32,000 nt of DNA, taken from positions 720,001 to 752,000 of the forward strand of contig JAWLBH010000001.1 of assembly GCA_041395025.1 (NCBI GenBank). Direction: 5' to 3'. Positions 16,683-25,119 of the stretch are shown piece by piece (the stretch's first letter is position 1; each line of letters starts with the position of its first letter). The notes below the pieces were generated by a model that was not told the DNA's origin, ran no database searches, and saw only the letters and a list, made by a program, of their open reading frames with translations. Position numbers and translations under genes: made by a program. This DNA is from Chlamydiales bacterium (lineage in GTDB: Bacteria; Chlamydiota; Chlamydiia; Chlamydiales; JAAKFR01).

Positions 16683-17930
16683 TTAATGATAAGCAGGGTT
16701 AAGATATCGAGCTCGTATTGGGATGAAATCTTGACGTGCTTTTAGACAAACTTCTCTTAGTTTCCAAATAATATAAGATTCCTCACAAAGAATAGTCAGC
16801 ACTAGATCTGAACCAATCAGTTTATTAAAGACCTCTCTTTTACTAGGCGAAGCAATCATCTCATTAAGAGCCTTATAGAATTGAGTAGGATAGAGATTTT
16901 TGATTACTCCCATAATTGTGCACTGAGTAGTGAAAGGGAGATAACAATTTGGATCGGTGATGATGATGCGAACACCTTGACAATTTTCTTTTTCAAATTT
17001 TCCATAAAAGGGACGAAAATAATAAGGTTGAAAATAGACTCCAGGTAGGGCTTGTTTATTCATTTCTGAGGCAAATTTCTCCGCTTGAACCCATGGGGCA
17101 CCAACTAATTTAAAGGGGAGAGGATATCCAATCCCAATACTCGCAATAGAACAATGACCAATTAATCCGGTGGTAGGATAATAATAAGGGGTATCAGATT
17201 CAGGAATTTGAGGACTTGTTGGAACCCAAGGAAGACCAGTTTGAGCAAAAGTCTGGCCTCTTTGCCATCCTTTCATCGGGATGACAATTAAATGACAACC
17301 GATTTTATACTCACTATTAAAAAAATGTGCTAACTCTCCTATCGTCATGCCGTGACAATAAGGAACATTCATATAGCCAAAAAAAGAACGCCAAGCCTCT
17401 AAGACGAGAGGTCCATCCACAACAAGCCCTCCCATTGGATTAGGACGATCAAGAACTACCATTAAAATTCCTTGCTTTGCAGCTGCTTCCATGCAGTAGC
17501 AAAGAGTAGCTAGAAAGGTATAGGAGCGAGATCCAATATCTTGAATGTCATAAATCAGCACATCGATTGCTGAAAGCATGGTCTCCGTAGGGCGTTTGTG
17601 GTTTCCATGAAGACTATAGATAGGAATCCCTTCAATTTCTTGATCTTCTATTTTTTCATCAGCGTAGGCATCCCCATAAAAACCATGTTCTGGTGCAAAA
17701 AGAGCAACAAGTTGATAATTTTTTGCATGCTCCTTAATTAAATGAAAAGTAGTTTTGAAAGCACAGTTCATGGCTGATTGATTAGTAATCAGACCTATGC
17801 GTTTGCCTTGCAAAAAAGATGGCGTTCCATGGGTAAAGAGAAGATCAGCTCCTACTTTGACATTGGCATTCAAAAAAAAGGGGGAAAAACAGTACAGTAA
17901 AACCCATAAATTTTTTAGCATAGAGCGCAT
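16683..17930 (-). CDS. DUF1343-family protein (NamZ/YbbC-like putative exo-beta-N-acetylmuramidase), secreted
   Basis: 415 aa with an N-terminal signal-like segment (MRSMLKNLWVLLYCFSPFFLNA). Blocks typical of DUF1343 as I recall it: GKRIGLITNQS, LFAPEHGF, IDVLIYDIQDIGSRSYTF and VLDRPNP.GG. Confidence 0.7.
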   Translation of the reverse strand: MRSMLKNLWVLLYCFSPFFLNANVKVGADLLFTHGTPSFLQGKRIGLITNQSAMNCAFKTTFHLIKEHAKNYQLVALFAPEHGFYGDAYADEKIEDQEIEGIPIYSLHGNHKRPTETMLSAIDVLIYDIQDIGSRSYTFLATLCYCMEAAAKQGILMVVLDRPNPMGGLVVDGPLVLEAWRSFFGYMNVPYCHGMTIGELAHFFNSEYKIGCHLIVIPMKGWQRGQTFAQTGLPWVPTSPQIPESDTPYYYPTTGLIGHCSIASIGIGYPLPFKLVGAPWVQAEKFASEMNKQALPGVYFQPYYFRPFYGKFEKENCQGVRIIITDPNCYLPFTTQCTIMGVIKNLYPTQFYKALNEMIASPSKREVFNKLIGSDLVLTILCEESYIIWKLREVCLKARQDFIPIRARYLNPAYH

Positions 17931-18098
17931 GAGATTTTTTTAAAGATTAATTCATTATTTTTAAATGATTTTTTTATTAAAAATTTCATTAAAATTGATA
18001 TAAGAAAATAAAATTACTTAAATTATTTTAAAATCTTTCCTAATTTTTAATAGAACAAAGCTTATCAATTAAAGATATGGATTGCAGTTTTTCATTGT

Positions 18099-20033
18099 AT
18101 GTTAAAGAAAAAAGATTTTCTAAATACACTCAATCCACATCAGATCCAAGCAGTCAATCATATTGAAGGTCCACTATTAGTTTTAGCTGGAGCAGGTTCA
18201 GGAAAAACACGTGTAGTCATTTATCGCATTGCTCATCTCATTCAATCAGGTATTCTTTCTTCTGAGATTCTAGCTGTAACTTTCACAAATAAAGCAGCTA
18301 GCGAGATGCGTGAAAGAATTTACAAATTTTTTCCTCAATTTGATCCTCCCCTCATCTCAACCTTTCATAGTCTTGGAACAAAAATCCTCCGCGAATCGAT
18401 TCATCATTTAGGATACTCACAGAACTTTATAATATATGATGAAGAAGACGTGAATAAAATTCTCAAGCGATGCTTAAAATCTTCGGAAATCTCTAAAGAA
18501 ACAAAAACATTTCGAGGGTTAATTTCCCATGCTAAAAATACCCTACAAGATCCTCTCGACATTGATCTTTCAATTTATCCGGATCAGATCCAAAAGCATT
18601 TTCATAATGTTTATTCTCTCTATCAAACCCATTTAAAAGAATCAAATGCTTTGGATTTTGATGATCTTCTCTATTTAACCGTCTATTTATTGCAAAATTT
18701 TCCTAATATTTTAGCTGACTATCAACAAAAATGGTCCCATCTTTTGATTGATGAATACCAAGATACTAACCATGCTCAATATATGATCGCTCGCTTAATT
18801 GTTGGAGAAAAATGCAATATTTTTGTTGTTGGAGATCCTGATCAATCGATTTATTCCTGGCGAGGAGCAAATATTGAGAATATTCTCAATTTTGAAAGGG
18901 ATTATCCTGGGGCAAAAGTGATCTGTCTTGAGCAAAACTACCGTAGTACGACTAATATTTTAGATGCAGCTAATGCCTTGATTCGACATAACAATTCACG
19001 CTATGAGAAAAGATTATGGAGCCCATTAGGTGAAGGAGAAAAAATTGCACTTTTTATTGGTTCTACAGAAAGAGAAGAAGCTGAATTTGTTGTGAATGAA
19101 ATTCATCATCTTCATACTCTCCATCAAATTCCATTAAATCAAATCGCAATTTTTTATCGCACAAATTTCCAATCCCGTCTATTTGAGGATTTTCTTTTGC
19201 GTCAACGCACTCCTTATACGATTGTAGGGGGCATTTCTTTTTATCAAAGAAAAGAGATTAAAGATCTCCTAACTTTTTTACGTATGTTAATTTCTAATCA
19301 GGATCTAGTCTCTTTTGAAAGAACAATTAATCTTCCCAAAAGAGGGTTCGGCTCTGCGACTATTGAAAAGATTCATCAAGGATCTGTGGAGCAAGCACTT
19401 CCTCTTTTTACTTATTGTGTCAAATTAATACAAGGAGAGATCGAAAATATCCGTTTATCAACAAAACAGCTGAAATCCCTTAATGAATATGTCTCTATTA
19501 TCTTAAATTTACGTCATATCAAAGGAACGATTTCTTTAAAACAGCTTGTAATGGAAACCATTCTGCAAACTCATTATCTTGATTTTTTACAAGCAGATAA
19601 AGAAACTTTTCAAGATCGAAAAGAAAATACTAATGAACTGATTGCTAAAGCCCATGAATGGGAATTAATGAATAATTCAAATGATTTAGACAATTTTTTA
19701 GAAGAACTCTCATTAAAAGGCTCAATTGATGAGGCCGATATTCTTCAAGATAAAGTGAATTTGATGACTTTACATAATGGCAAGGGATTAGAGTTTACAG
19801 TTGTCTTTCTTGTAGGAATGGAAGAAGATCTATTTCCTCATATCAATTCTTCCCATTCCTTTGAAACTCTTGAAGAAGAGAGGCGTCTTTGTTATGTTGG
19901 TTTAACAAGAGCCAAGTCAAGGCTTTATCTTACAGCCACTGAAACTCGTTTTTTATGGGGTAGACATCGCATGATGCGTCCTAGTCGTTTTTTAAAAGAA
20001 ATTCCAAAAAAATATCTAGAACGCTTTCATTGA
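18099..20033 (+). CDS. uvrD: ATP-dependent DNA helicase, UvrD/PcrA/Rep family (SF1)
   Basis: 644 aa. The helicase motifs are LNPHQIQAV, AGAGSGKT (Walker A), LAVTFTNKAA, LLIDEYQDTN (motif II), VGDPDQSIYSWRGA, LEQNYRST, TLHNGKGLEF and YVGLTRAK. Confidence 0.92.
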   Translation: MLKKKDFLNTLNPHQIQAVNHIEGPLLVLAGAGSGKTRVVIYRIAHLIQSGILSSEILAVTFTNKAASEMRERIYKFFPQFDPPLISTFHSLGTKILRESIHHLGYSQNFIIYDEEDVNKILKRCLKSSEISKETKTFRGLISHAKNTLQDPLDIDLSIYPDQIQKHFHNVYSLYQTHLKESNALDFDDLLYLTVYLLQNFPNILADYQQKWSHLLIDEYQDTNHAQYMIARLIVGEKCNIFVVGDPDQSIYSWRGANIENILNFERDYPGAKVICLEQNYRSTTNILDAANALIRHNNSRYEKRLWSPLGEGEKIALFIGSTEREEAEFVVNEIHHLHTLHQIPLNQIAIFYRTNFQSRLFEDFLLRQRTPYTIVGGISFYQRKEIKDLLTFLRMLISNQDLVSFERTINLPKRGFGSATIEKIHQGSVEQALPLFTYCVKLIQGEIENIRLSTKQLKSLNEYVSIILNLRHIKGTISLKQLVMETILQTHYLDFLQADKETFQDRKENTNELIAKAHEWELMNNSNDLDNFLEELSLKGSIDEADILQDKVNLMTLHNGKGLEFTVVFLVGMEEDLFPHINSSHSFETLEEERRLCYVGLTRAKSRLYLTATETRFLWGRHRMMRPSRFLKEIPKKYLERFH

Positions 20034-20065
20034 TTCTGTTAATCAAGGTGGGTGGGGGGATAAAT

Positions 20066-21406
20066 ATGAGGCGGATAGAACAAGCCACATCTCAAAATGT
20101 GCAGCAAATTCAGCGGCTGATTTTATCTCCACAAATGCAACAAGCCCTTCATCTTCTTCAACTACCTATATTAGAATTAAATACAGCCATCGAAGAAGAG
20201 GTCGTAAATAATCCTCTATTGGAAAAAGAAGAAGGATTTTGTTCTGATATTCGTGGCAGAGAAACAAAAAACACCCATAATAGAGAGGATTTGCATCATT
20301 TCATCGAAAACACTGTTGCCTATGAAGAATCACTCTACGAACACCTTATGGCTCAAGCTCGAGAGGTTTTTACAGAAGATTCGCAAAGAGAGAGGGCTGA
20401 ATGGTTGATTGGAAACTTTAATTCTGATGGATTTCTGACTTCTTCCCTCGAGGAGGTCGCTACTTTAGGAAGTTATGAAATCAAAGATTTAATACCGATC
20501 TTGTTAATATTAAAGACATTTCATCCTTATGGAGTCGGAGCAAAAAATTGTCAAGAAGCATTGCTGCTTCAACTCGATGCAGCTGGAAAAAAAGGAACGA
20601 TGGCTTTCCAGATCATTGAAAATCATTTTGATGATCTCATTCATAACAAAATACCCAATATCGCTAAGGCATTTTCTTGTTCTCCTAAAGAGATACGTAA
20701 AATAATCATAGAAGAAATTTCAAAACTCGATCTACATCCTGGAACTAATTCACCAGCTGGACATTATCGTCAGTTGAGTCACAACATTACTCCTGATTTA
20801 TTTATCAAACATTTAGAGGGAAATTTGTTAGTAGAAGTCAATGATCAAAATCTATCCAATCTAAAACTCAACCATTTTTATTTAGATATGTTGAATGATC
20901 CTTCTGTCTCTAATGCAACACGAGATTATATTTATGAAAAAATCTCCTCAGGAAAATGGCTAATGCGCAATTTATACGAGCGCAATAAGACACTTCATCG
21001 GATCGGTGAAGAATTACTTCGATCTCAACAAGCTTTTCTTCTCGCACCCAAAGGGGAACTAATCCCAATGACGATGAAAGAATTAGCAGAGAAATTAGAT
21101 TTGCACCCCTCTACAATTGCACGTGCAGTCTCACAAAAATATGTGAGCTGTCCGCGTGGGATCTTCCCTTTGCGTACATTTTTTACACATACTTACATCA
21201 CAGATCATGGAGACAACATCTCTTCACAAGTTATCAAAGAAACCTTAATACAGATGATTGATAAAGAAAATAAACACACACCTCTTTCAGATGAGAGCAT
21301 TGCCAAAATGATTCAAAAGCAAGGGATTCCTTGTGCTCGACGCACGATTGCTAAATATCGACATGAACTCAAAATTGGCAATACTGCTCAGCGTAGAATT
21401 CATTAA
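20066..21406 (+). CDS. rpoN: RNA polymerase sigma-54 factor RpoN; start moved to the ATG at 20066
   Basis: MRRIEQATSQNVQQIQRLILSPQMQQALHLLQLPILEL is the sigma-54 region I pattern. The C-terminal RpoN box is ARRTIAKYRHELKI. A G-rich SD (GGTGGGTGGGGGGA) ends 5 nt upstream of ATG 20066. The TTG at 20030 in the track overlaps the uvrD stop and adds 12 non-conserved residues. Confidence 0.9.
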   Translation: MRRIEQATSQNVQQIQRLILSPQMQQALHLLQLPILELNTAIEEEVVNNPLLEKEEGFCSDIRGRETKNTHNREDLHHFIENTVAYEESLYEHLMAQAREVFTEDSQRERAEWLIGNFNSDGFLTSSLEEVATLGSYEIKDLIPILLILKTFHPYGVGAKNCQEALLLQLDAAGKKGTMAFQIIENHFDDLIHNKIPNIAKAFSCSPKEIRKIIIEEISKLDLHPGTNSPAGHYRQLSHNITPDLFIKHLEGNLLVEVNDQNLSNLKLNHFYLDMLNDPSVSNATRDYIYEKISSGKWLMRNLYERNKTLHRIGEELLRSQQAFLLAPKGELIPMTMKELAEKLDLHPSTIARAVSQKYVSCPRGIFPLRTFFTHTYITDHGDNISSQVIKETLIQMIDKENKHTPLSDESIAKMIQKQGIPCARRTIAKYRHELKIGNTAQRRIH

Positions 21407-21438
21407 ATATGATCCACTAGATTGGAAAAAATAGCGGA

Positions 21439-22260
21439 TTATTTTATCGAAAAATCCCCATCTGATTTTTTAGAGATAGTGACATGAGAGGGAAAATAGA
21501 CAGAATAAATCTGTTGCCATCGTGTTTGATTGAATTGCATTTTCATTGCATAGCTTAAAATCGCTTGCTTTTTCAGCTTTGCAAACTGGATGATTTCCTC
21601 ATCTTTTAAACGCACCATTACAGCCAAAGCTTTCTCTTTGCCAACGATTTCTCCAATATTTTTACAAGCTTTAGAAAAGAAAAACTGAGCTTTAAACAAA
21701 CGTATCATACCATAACTCAATAAACTAAAAATATTGATATATATAATATATTCATAAGGGGTAAGTAATGCGATCAATCCAGTCAACCAAAGAGAAGTGA
21801 CAAAAAACAGGCTCTCGCGAGAAGAGCGAAAAAAGGGACCGAAAAAACGACGAAATCGTGAACGACTCGTTTGGTAAGCTAAAATTTCTTCAAAGATAGG
21901 TTCTTTAAAACCGCCTCTGATAATATGTACAAGTTCATGTGCAAAGATTTCTTCACGAGAATATCCAAGATAAAAACTCTTTTTTTGAAAAACCTTACGC
22001 AATTGGAGAAGATATTGATGATTTTTTATCCAAGTACATCCTCCTTCCCAAGGGTATAGAGATGCGTTACTGTAATCCACTTCGACCCAGTCTGGTCGGA
22101 TATCAAATAATTTGAATGCTAATTGAGAATCAAGATGAGGCTCTCTTTTGAGAGCCTTTTGACAGCGAAGGGAATATGCTTCTATCGATTCATCAGGTCC
22201 CTGAATTAAACCTCTTTGGTTATAGCTTAATATTTTCTCCGAGAGCTCTTTCACATTCAC
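21439..22260 (-). CDS. Hypothetical membrane-anchored protein with an HEXXH zinc-metallopeptidase motif
   Basis: 273 aa. The motif is FAHELVHIIRGG (HELVH at nt 21925-21939), followed by EPIFEEILAY. Two hydrophobic segments occur (LFFVTSLWLTGLIALL, IIYINIFSLLSYGMI). The only available start is GTG (22260 or 22254), with no obvious SD, so the start is uncertain. Confidence 0.6.
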   Translation of the reverse strand: MNVKELSEKILSYNQRGLIQGPDESIEAYSLRCQKALKREPHLDSQLAFKLFDIRPDWVEVDYSNASLYPWEGGCTWIKNHQYLLQLRKVFQKKSFYLGYSREEIFAHELVHIIRGGFKEPIFEEILAYQTSRSRFRRFFGPFFRSSRESLFFVTSLWLTGLIALLTPYEYIIYINIFSLLSYGMIRLFKAQFFFSKACKNIGEIVGKEKALAVMVRLKDEEIIQFAKLKKQAILSYAMKMQFNQTRWQQIYSVYFPSHVTISKKSDGDFSIK

Positions 22261-22579
22261 CTAAATTTTTTTACAAAAAAATCGATAGGTTTTAGAGAGT
22301 TTATTGTATTTTCTAATCTAGAACCTAGCTAAACAAATAATTTAAAAAATATATTTTATATTAAACCTTATCTAATTCTATTTCAAGTGATTTGAATTGA
22401 ATATCGCATGATATGCAATAGGAAAATCAGATGATAAAACACTCAAAAAAAATGGAAGGGAGCATAAAAACCCTATATTTCTTATGATAGCATTGCTGCC
22501 CATGGAGAAATGTCTACTTGTGAAAAAAACCGATGATCTGTTGAATGTTTTTTTCGATAATGCTTATTAATGAATCATC

Positions 22580-25072
22580 ATGGGAAAATCTCTGATCATC
22601 GTTGAGTCTCCAGCAAAGATCAAAACTCTTAAAAAATTTTTAGGAAGTGATTATCTATTTGCTTCTTCTATAGGCCATATTCGTGATTTACCTTCAAAGG
22701 GATTTGGGATTGATATAGATCATGATTTTGAACCTGATTACCAAATTCTTTCTGATAAAAAAGAATTAATTAAAAAACTCAAAAAAATGGTTAAAGAATG
22801 TGAGACCATTTATCTCTCTCCAGATCCTGATCGTGAAGGAGAAGCCATTGCTTGGCACATTGCCGCTCTTTTACCTGCAAAAACAAATATCAAGAGAGCG
22901 GCTTTTCATGCGATCACTAAAGAAGCTGTCTTAGAGGCTTTAAAAAACCCTAAAAAAATTGATATGGCGCTTGTAAATGCTCAACAAGCCCGTCGCCTTC
23001 TTGATCGAATTGTAGGTTATAAAATCTCTCCCATTTTAGCACGTAAACTACAACAACGCTCAGGTGTATCAGCAGGTCGCGTGCAGTCTGTGGCTTTAAA
23101 ACTGGTAGTGGATAGAGAAAAAGAAATTGAAGCCTTCAAACCAGTGGAGTATTGGAATATTGCCACAATTTTACAGAATGAAGGAGCTTCTCAAACATTT
23201 CCTGCTCGTCTTTATATGGTGGATGGAAAGAAGTGGGACAAAGAACCAGCAAAAGACAAAGAGCTTTTCGTGATTCCTGATAAAAAGAGAGCAGATCAAA
23301 TTGTGAATCGACTAAAGAAAGCACAATATCATGTAGACAAAGTACAAAAAAAAGAGAGACAACGTCATCCTGAACCTCCCTTCATTACTTCCACTCTGCA
23401 ACAAGAAGCAAGTAGACATTTTCGTTTTACTGCCTCTAGAACCATGAGAATTGCTCAGTCATTATACGAAGGTATTGATCTTAAGAAAGAAGGGACTGAG
23501 GGACTCATTACTTATATGCGTACTGATTCAGTCCGCGTTGAACCACAGATCATTAATGCTGCTCGCAGTTTTATTTCTTCTCATTATGGGAAAGACCATC
23601 TTCCTCCTCAACCTAAAGTTTATGTGACAAAAAAAACAGCTCAGGATGCCCATGAAGCGATTCGTCCTACAAATATTCATCATCCACCTGAATTAGTGAG
23701 TCCCTATCTAACTCATGATCAAAATCTGCTCTATGCATTAATTTGGAAGCGATTTATCACCTCTCAGATGGCGTCCGCAATTTACGATACTGTTTCTGCT
23801 GATATTGCCACAGACCAAGGTCTCGTTCTACGTGCTACAGGATCGGTTATAAAATTTAAGGGATTTTTAGCTGTTTATGAAGAAAAAAAAGATGAAGAGA
23901 AGAAAGAAAGCTCTACGCTCCTTCCTCCTTTACAAGCTGGGTTTCCCTTAAAATTGATTGAAGTGACTTCTGAACAATCTTTTACTAACCCTCCTCCCCG
24001 ATTTAGTGAAGCTTCTTTAGTCAAAGAATTAGAAAAATCAGGGATTGGCCGCCCTTCTACCTATGCGTCTATTATGAATAAGATTCAGGGGCGTGATTAT
24101 ACAATCAAAGAACACTATTGCCTTAAACCCACAGAACTTGGTCGCGTGATTGCTCAATTTTTAGAAGATAATTTTAAACAAATTATGAATATTGGATTCA
24201 CAGCGGAAATGGAAGATACGCTTGAGCAGATTGCATCAAATCAAAAGGAATGGAAAATAGTGATCCGTGAGTTCTGGGAGCAATTCATTCCCACTGTTAC
24301 GATTGCAGAAAAAGAGGCTTATGTTCCAAAAATTGATACTGATATTCCCTGTCCTCTCTGTAGAAAATCTCACTTACAAAAGATCTGGTCTAAATCCCGT
24401 TATTTCTATGGCTGTGCTCATTATCCAGATTGTAATTTTACAGCTTCATTGGAAGAACTCAGTTTCAAAAAAGAAGATTATGCTCCCGATTTTGAATGGG
24501 AGCAGCCCTGTCCTATATGTCATGAGAAAATGCAAATTCGTCACGGACGTTATGGTCCCTTTTTAGGTTGTGTGAAGTATCCAGATTGCAAAGGAATCAT
24601 TAATATTCCTAAAAAAGGAGAGCATATTTCTCCTACACCTTCTTGTCCTGCAATCGGTTGCGATGGAAAAATTGTCTCTCGACGTTCTCGTTTTGGTAAG
24701 CTATTTTATTCATGTTTAAATTTTCCAGATTGTGATGTCATTGTCAACGATCTCTCGCAAATCCAAGAAAAATATCCTAATCACCCTAAAACCTCGTATC
24801 AAAAGAAAAAAGCAGGAACGAAGAAATTAGGACAAGGAGGGCGTCGAAAGCTGACTCCCTCAAAGAATCTTGCAAAGCTTATCGGAGATCATCCGATCAC
24901 ACGTGGAGAAGCGATCAAGAAAATTTGGGAGTACATAAAAACTCATGACTTACAAAATCCAAAAGATAAACGTGAAATTATTCCCGATCAAGGGTTGTCT
25001 CTTCTTTTTGAAACAGAGTCACCCATTAGCATGTTTCGCATTTCCAGCTTGTTAAACAAGCATCTCGAATGA
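22580..25072 (+). CDS. topA: DNA topoisomerase I with three C-terminal zinc ribbons and a fused SWIB/MDM2 domain
   Basis: 830 aa. Toprim region is MGKSLIIVESPAKIKTLKKFLG and the active-site Tyr region is GLITYMRTDS. Three Cys4 ribbons are present (CPLC...CAHYPDC, CPIC...CVKYPDC, CPAIGC...CLNFPDC). A basic linker leads to a SWIB-like domain, LTPSKNLAKLIGDHPITRGEAIKKIWEYIKTHDLQNPKDKREI (nt ~24842-25069). Confidence 0.95.
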   Translation: MGKSLIIVESPAKIKTLKKFLGSDYLFASSIGHIRDLPSKGFGIDIDHDFEPDYQILSDKKELIKKLKKMVKECETIYLSPDPDREGEAIAWHIAALLPAKTNIKRAAFHAITKEAVLEALKNPKKIDMALVNAQQARRLLDRIVGYKISPILARKLQQRSGVSAGRVQSVALKLVVDREKEIEAFKPVEYWNIATILQNEGASQTFPARLYMVDGKKWDKEPAKDKELFVIPDKKRADQIVNRLKKAQYHVDKVQKKERQRHPEPPFITSTLQQEASRHFRFTASRTMRIAQSLYEGIDLKKEGTEGLITYMRTDSVRVEPQIINAARSFISSHYGKDHLPPQPKVYVTKKTAQDAHEAIRPTNIHHPPELVSPYLTHDQNLLYALIWKRFITSQMASAIYDTVSADIATDQGLVLRATGSVIKFKGFLAVYEEKKDEEKKESSTLLPPLQAGFPLKLIEVTSEQSFTNPPPRFSEASLVKELEKSGIGRPSTYASIMNKIQGRDYTIKEHYCLKPTELGRVIAQFLEDNFKQIMNIGFTAEMEDTLEQIASNQKEWKIVIREFWEQFIPTVTIAEKEAYVPKIDTDIPCPLCRKSHLQKIWSKSRYFYGCAHYPDCNFTASLEELSFKKEDYAPDFEWEQPCPICHEKMQIRHGRYGPFLGCVKYPDCKGIINIPKKGEHISPTPSCPAIGCDGKIVSRRSRFGKLFYSCLNFPDCDVIVNDLSQIQEKYPNHPKTSYQKKKAGTKKLGQGGRRKLTPSKNLAKLIGDHPITRGEAIKKIWEYIKTHDLQNPKDKREIIPDQGLSLLFETESPISMFRISSLLNKHLE

Positions 25073-25119
25073 TAGGACTGCAAGAGAAAATGATGTTCTC
25101 TAGAGTATTAAACTGATCA

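Noticed and set aside
20054-20059. G6 homopolymer upstream of rpoN as a possible phase-variation tract
   Set aside because: Six residues is short for slipped-strand switching, and the tract is adequately explained as part of the Shine-Dalgarno sequence.
20030-20065. TTG-initiated 12-codon extension of rpoN overlapping the uvrD stop
   Set aside because: The extension (MILLIKVGGGIN) is the translated G-rich Shine-Dalgarno region. The ATG at 20066 gives the conserved sigma-54 N-terminus.
22502-22579. 22-codon upstream ORF (MEKCLLVKKTDDLLNVFFDNAY) in frame with topA, separated by TAA TGA
   Set aside because: TopA homologs start exactly at MGK..IVESPAK, so nothing suggests a disrupted longer N-terminus. 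The ORF is probably a chance ORF in the promoter region.
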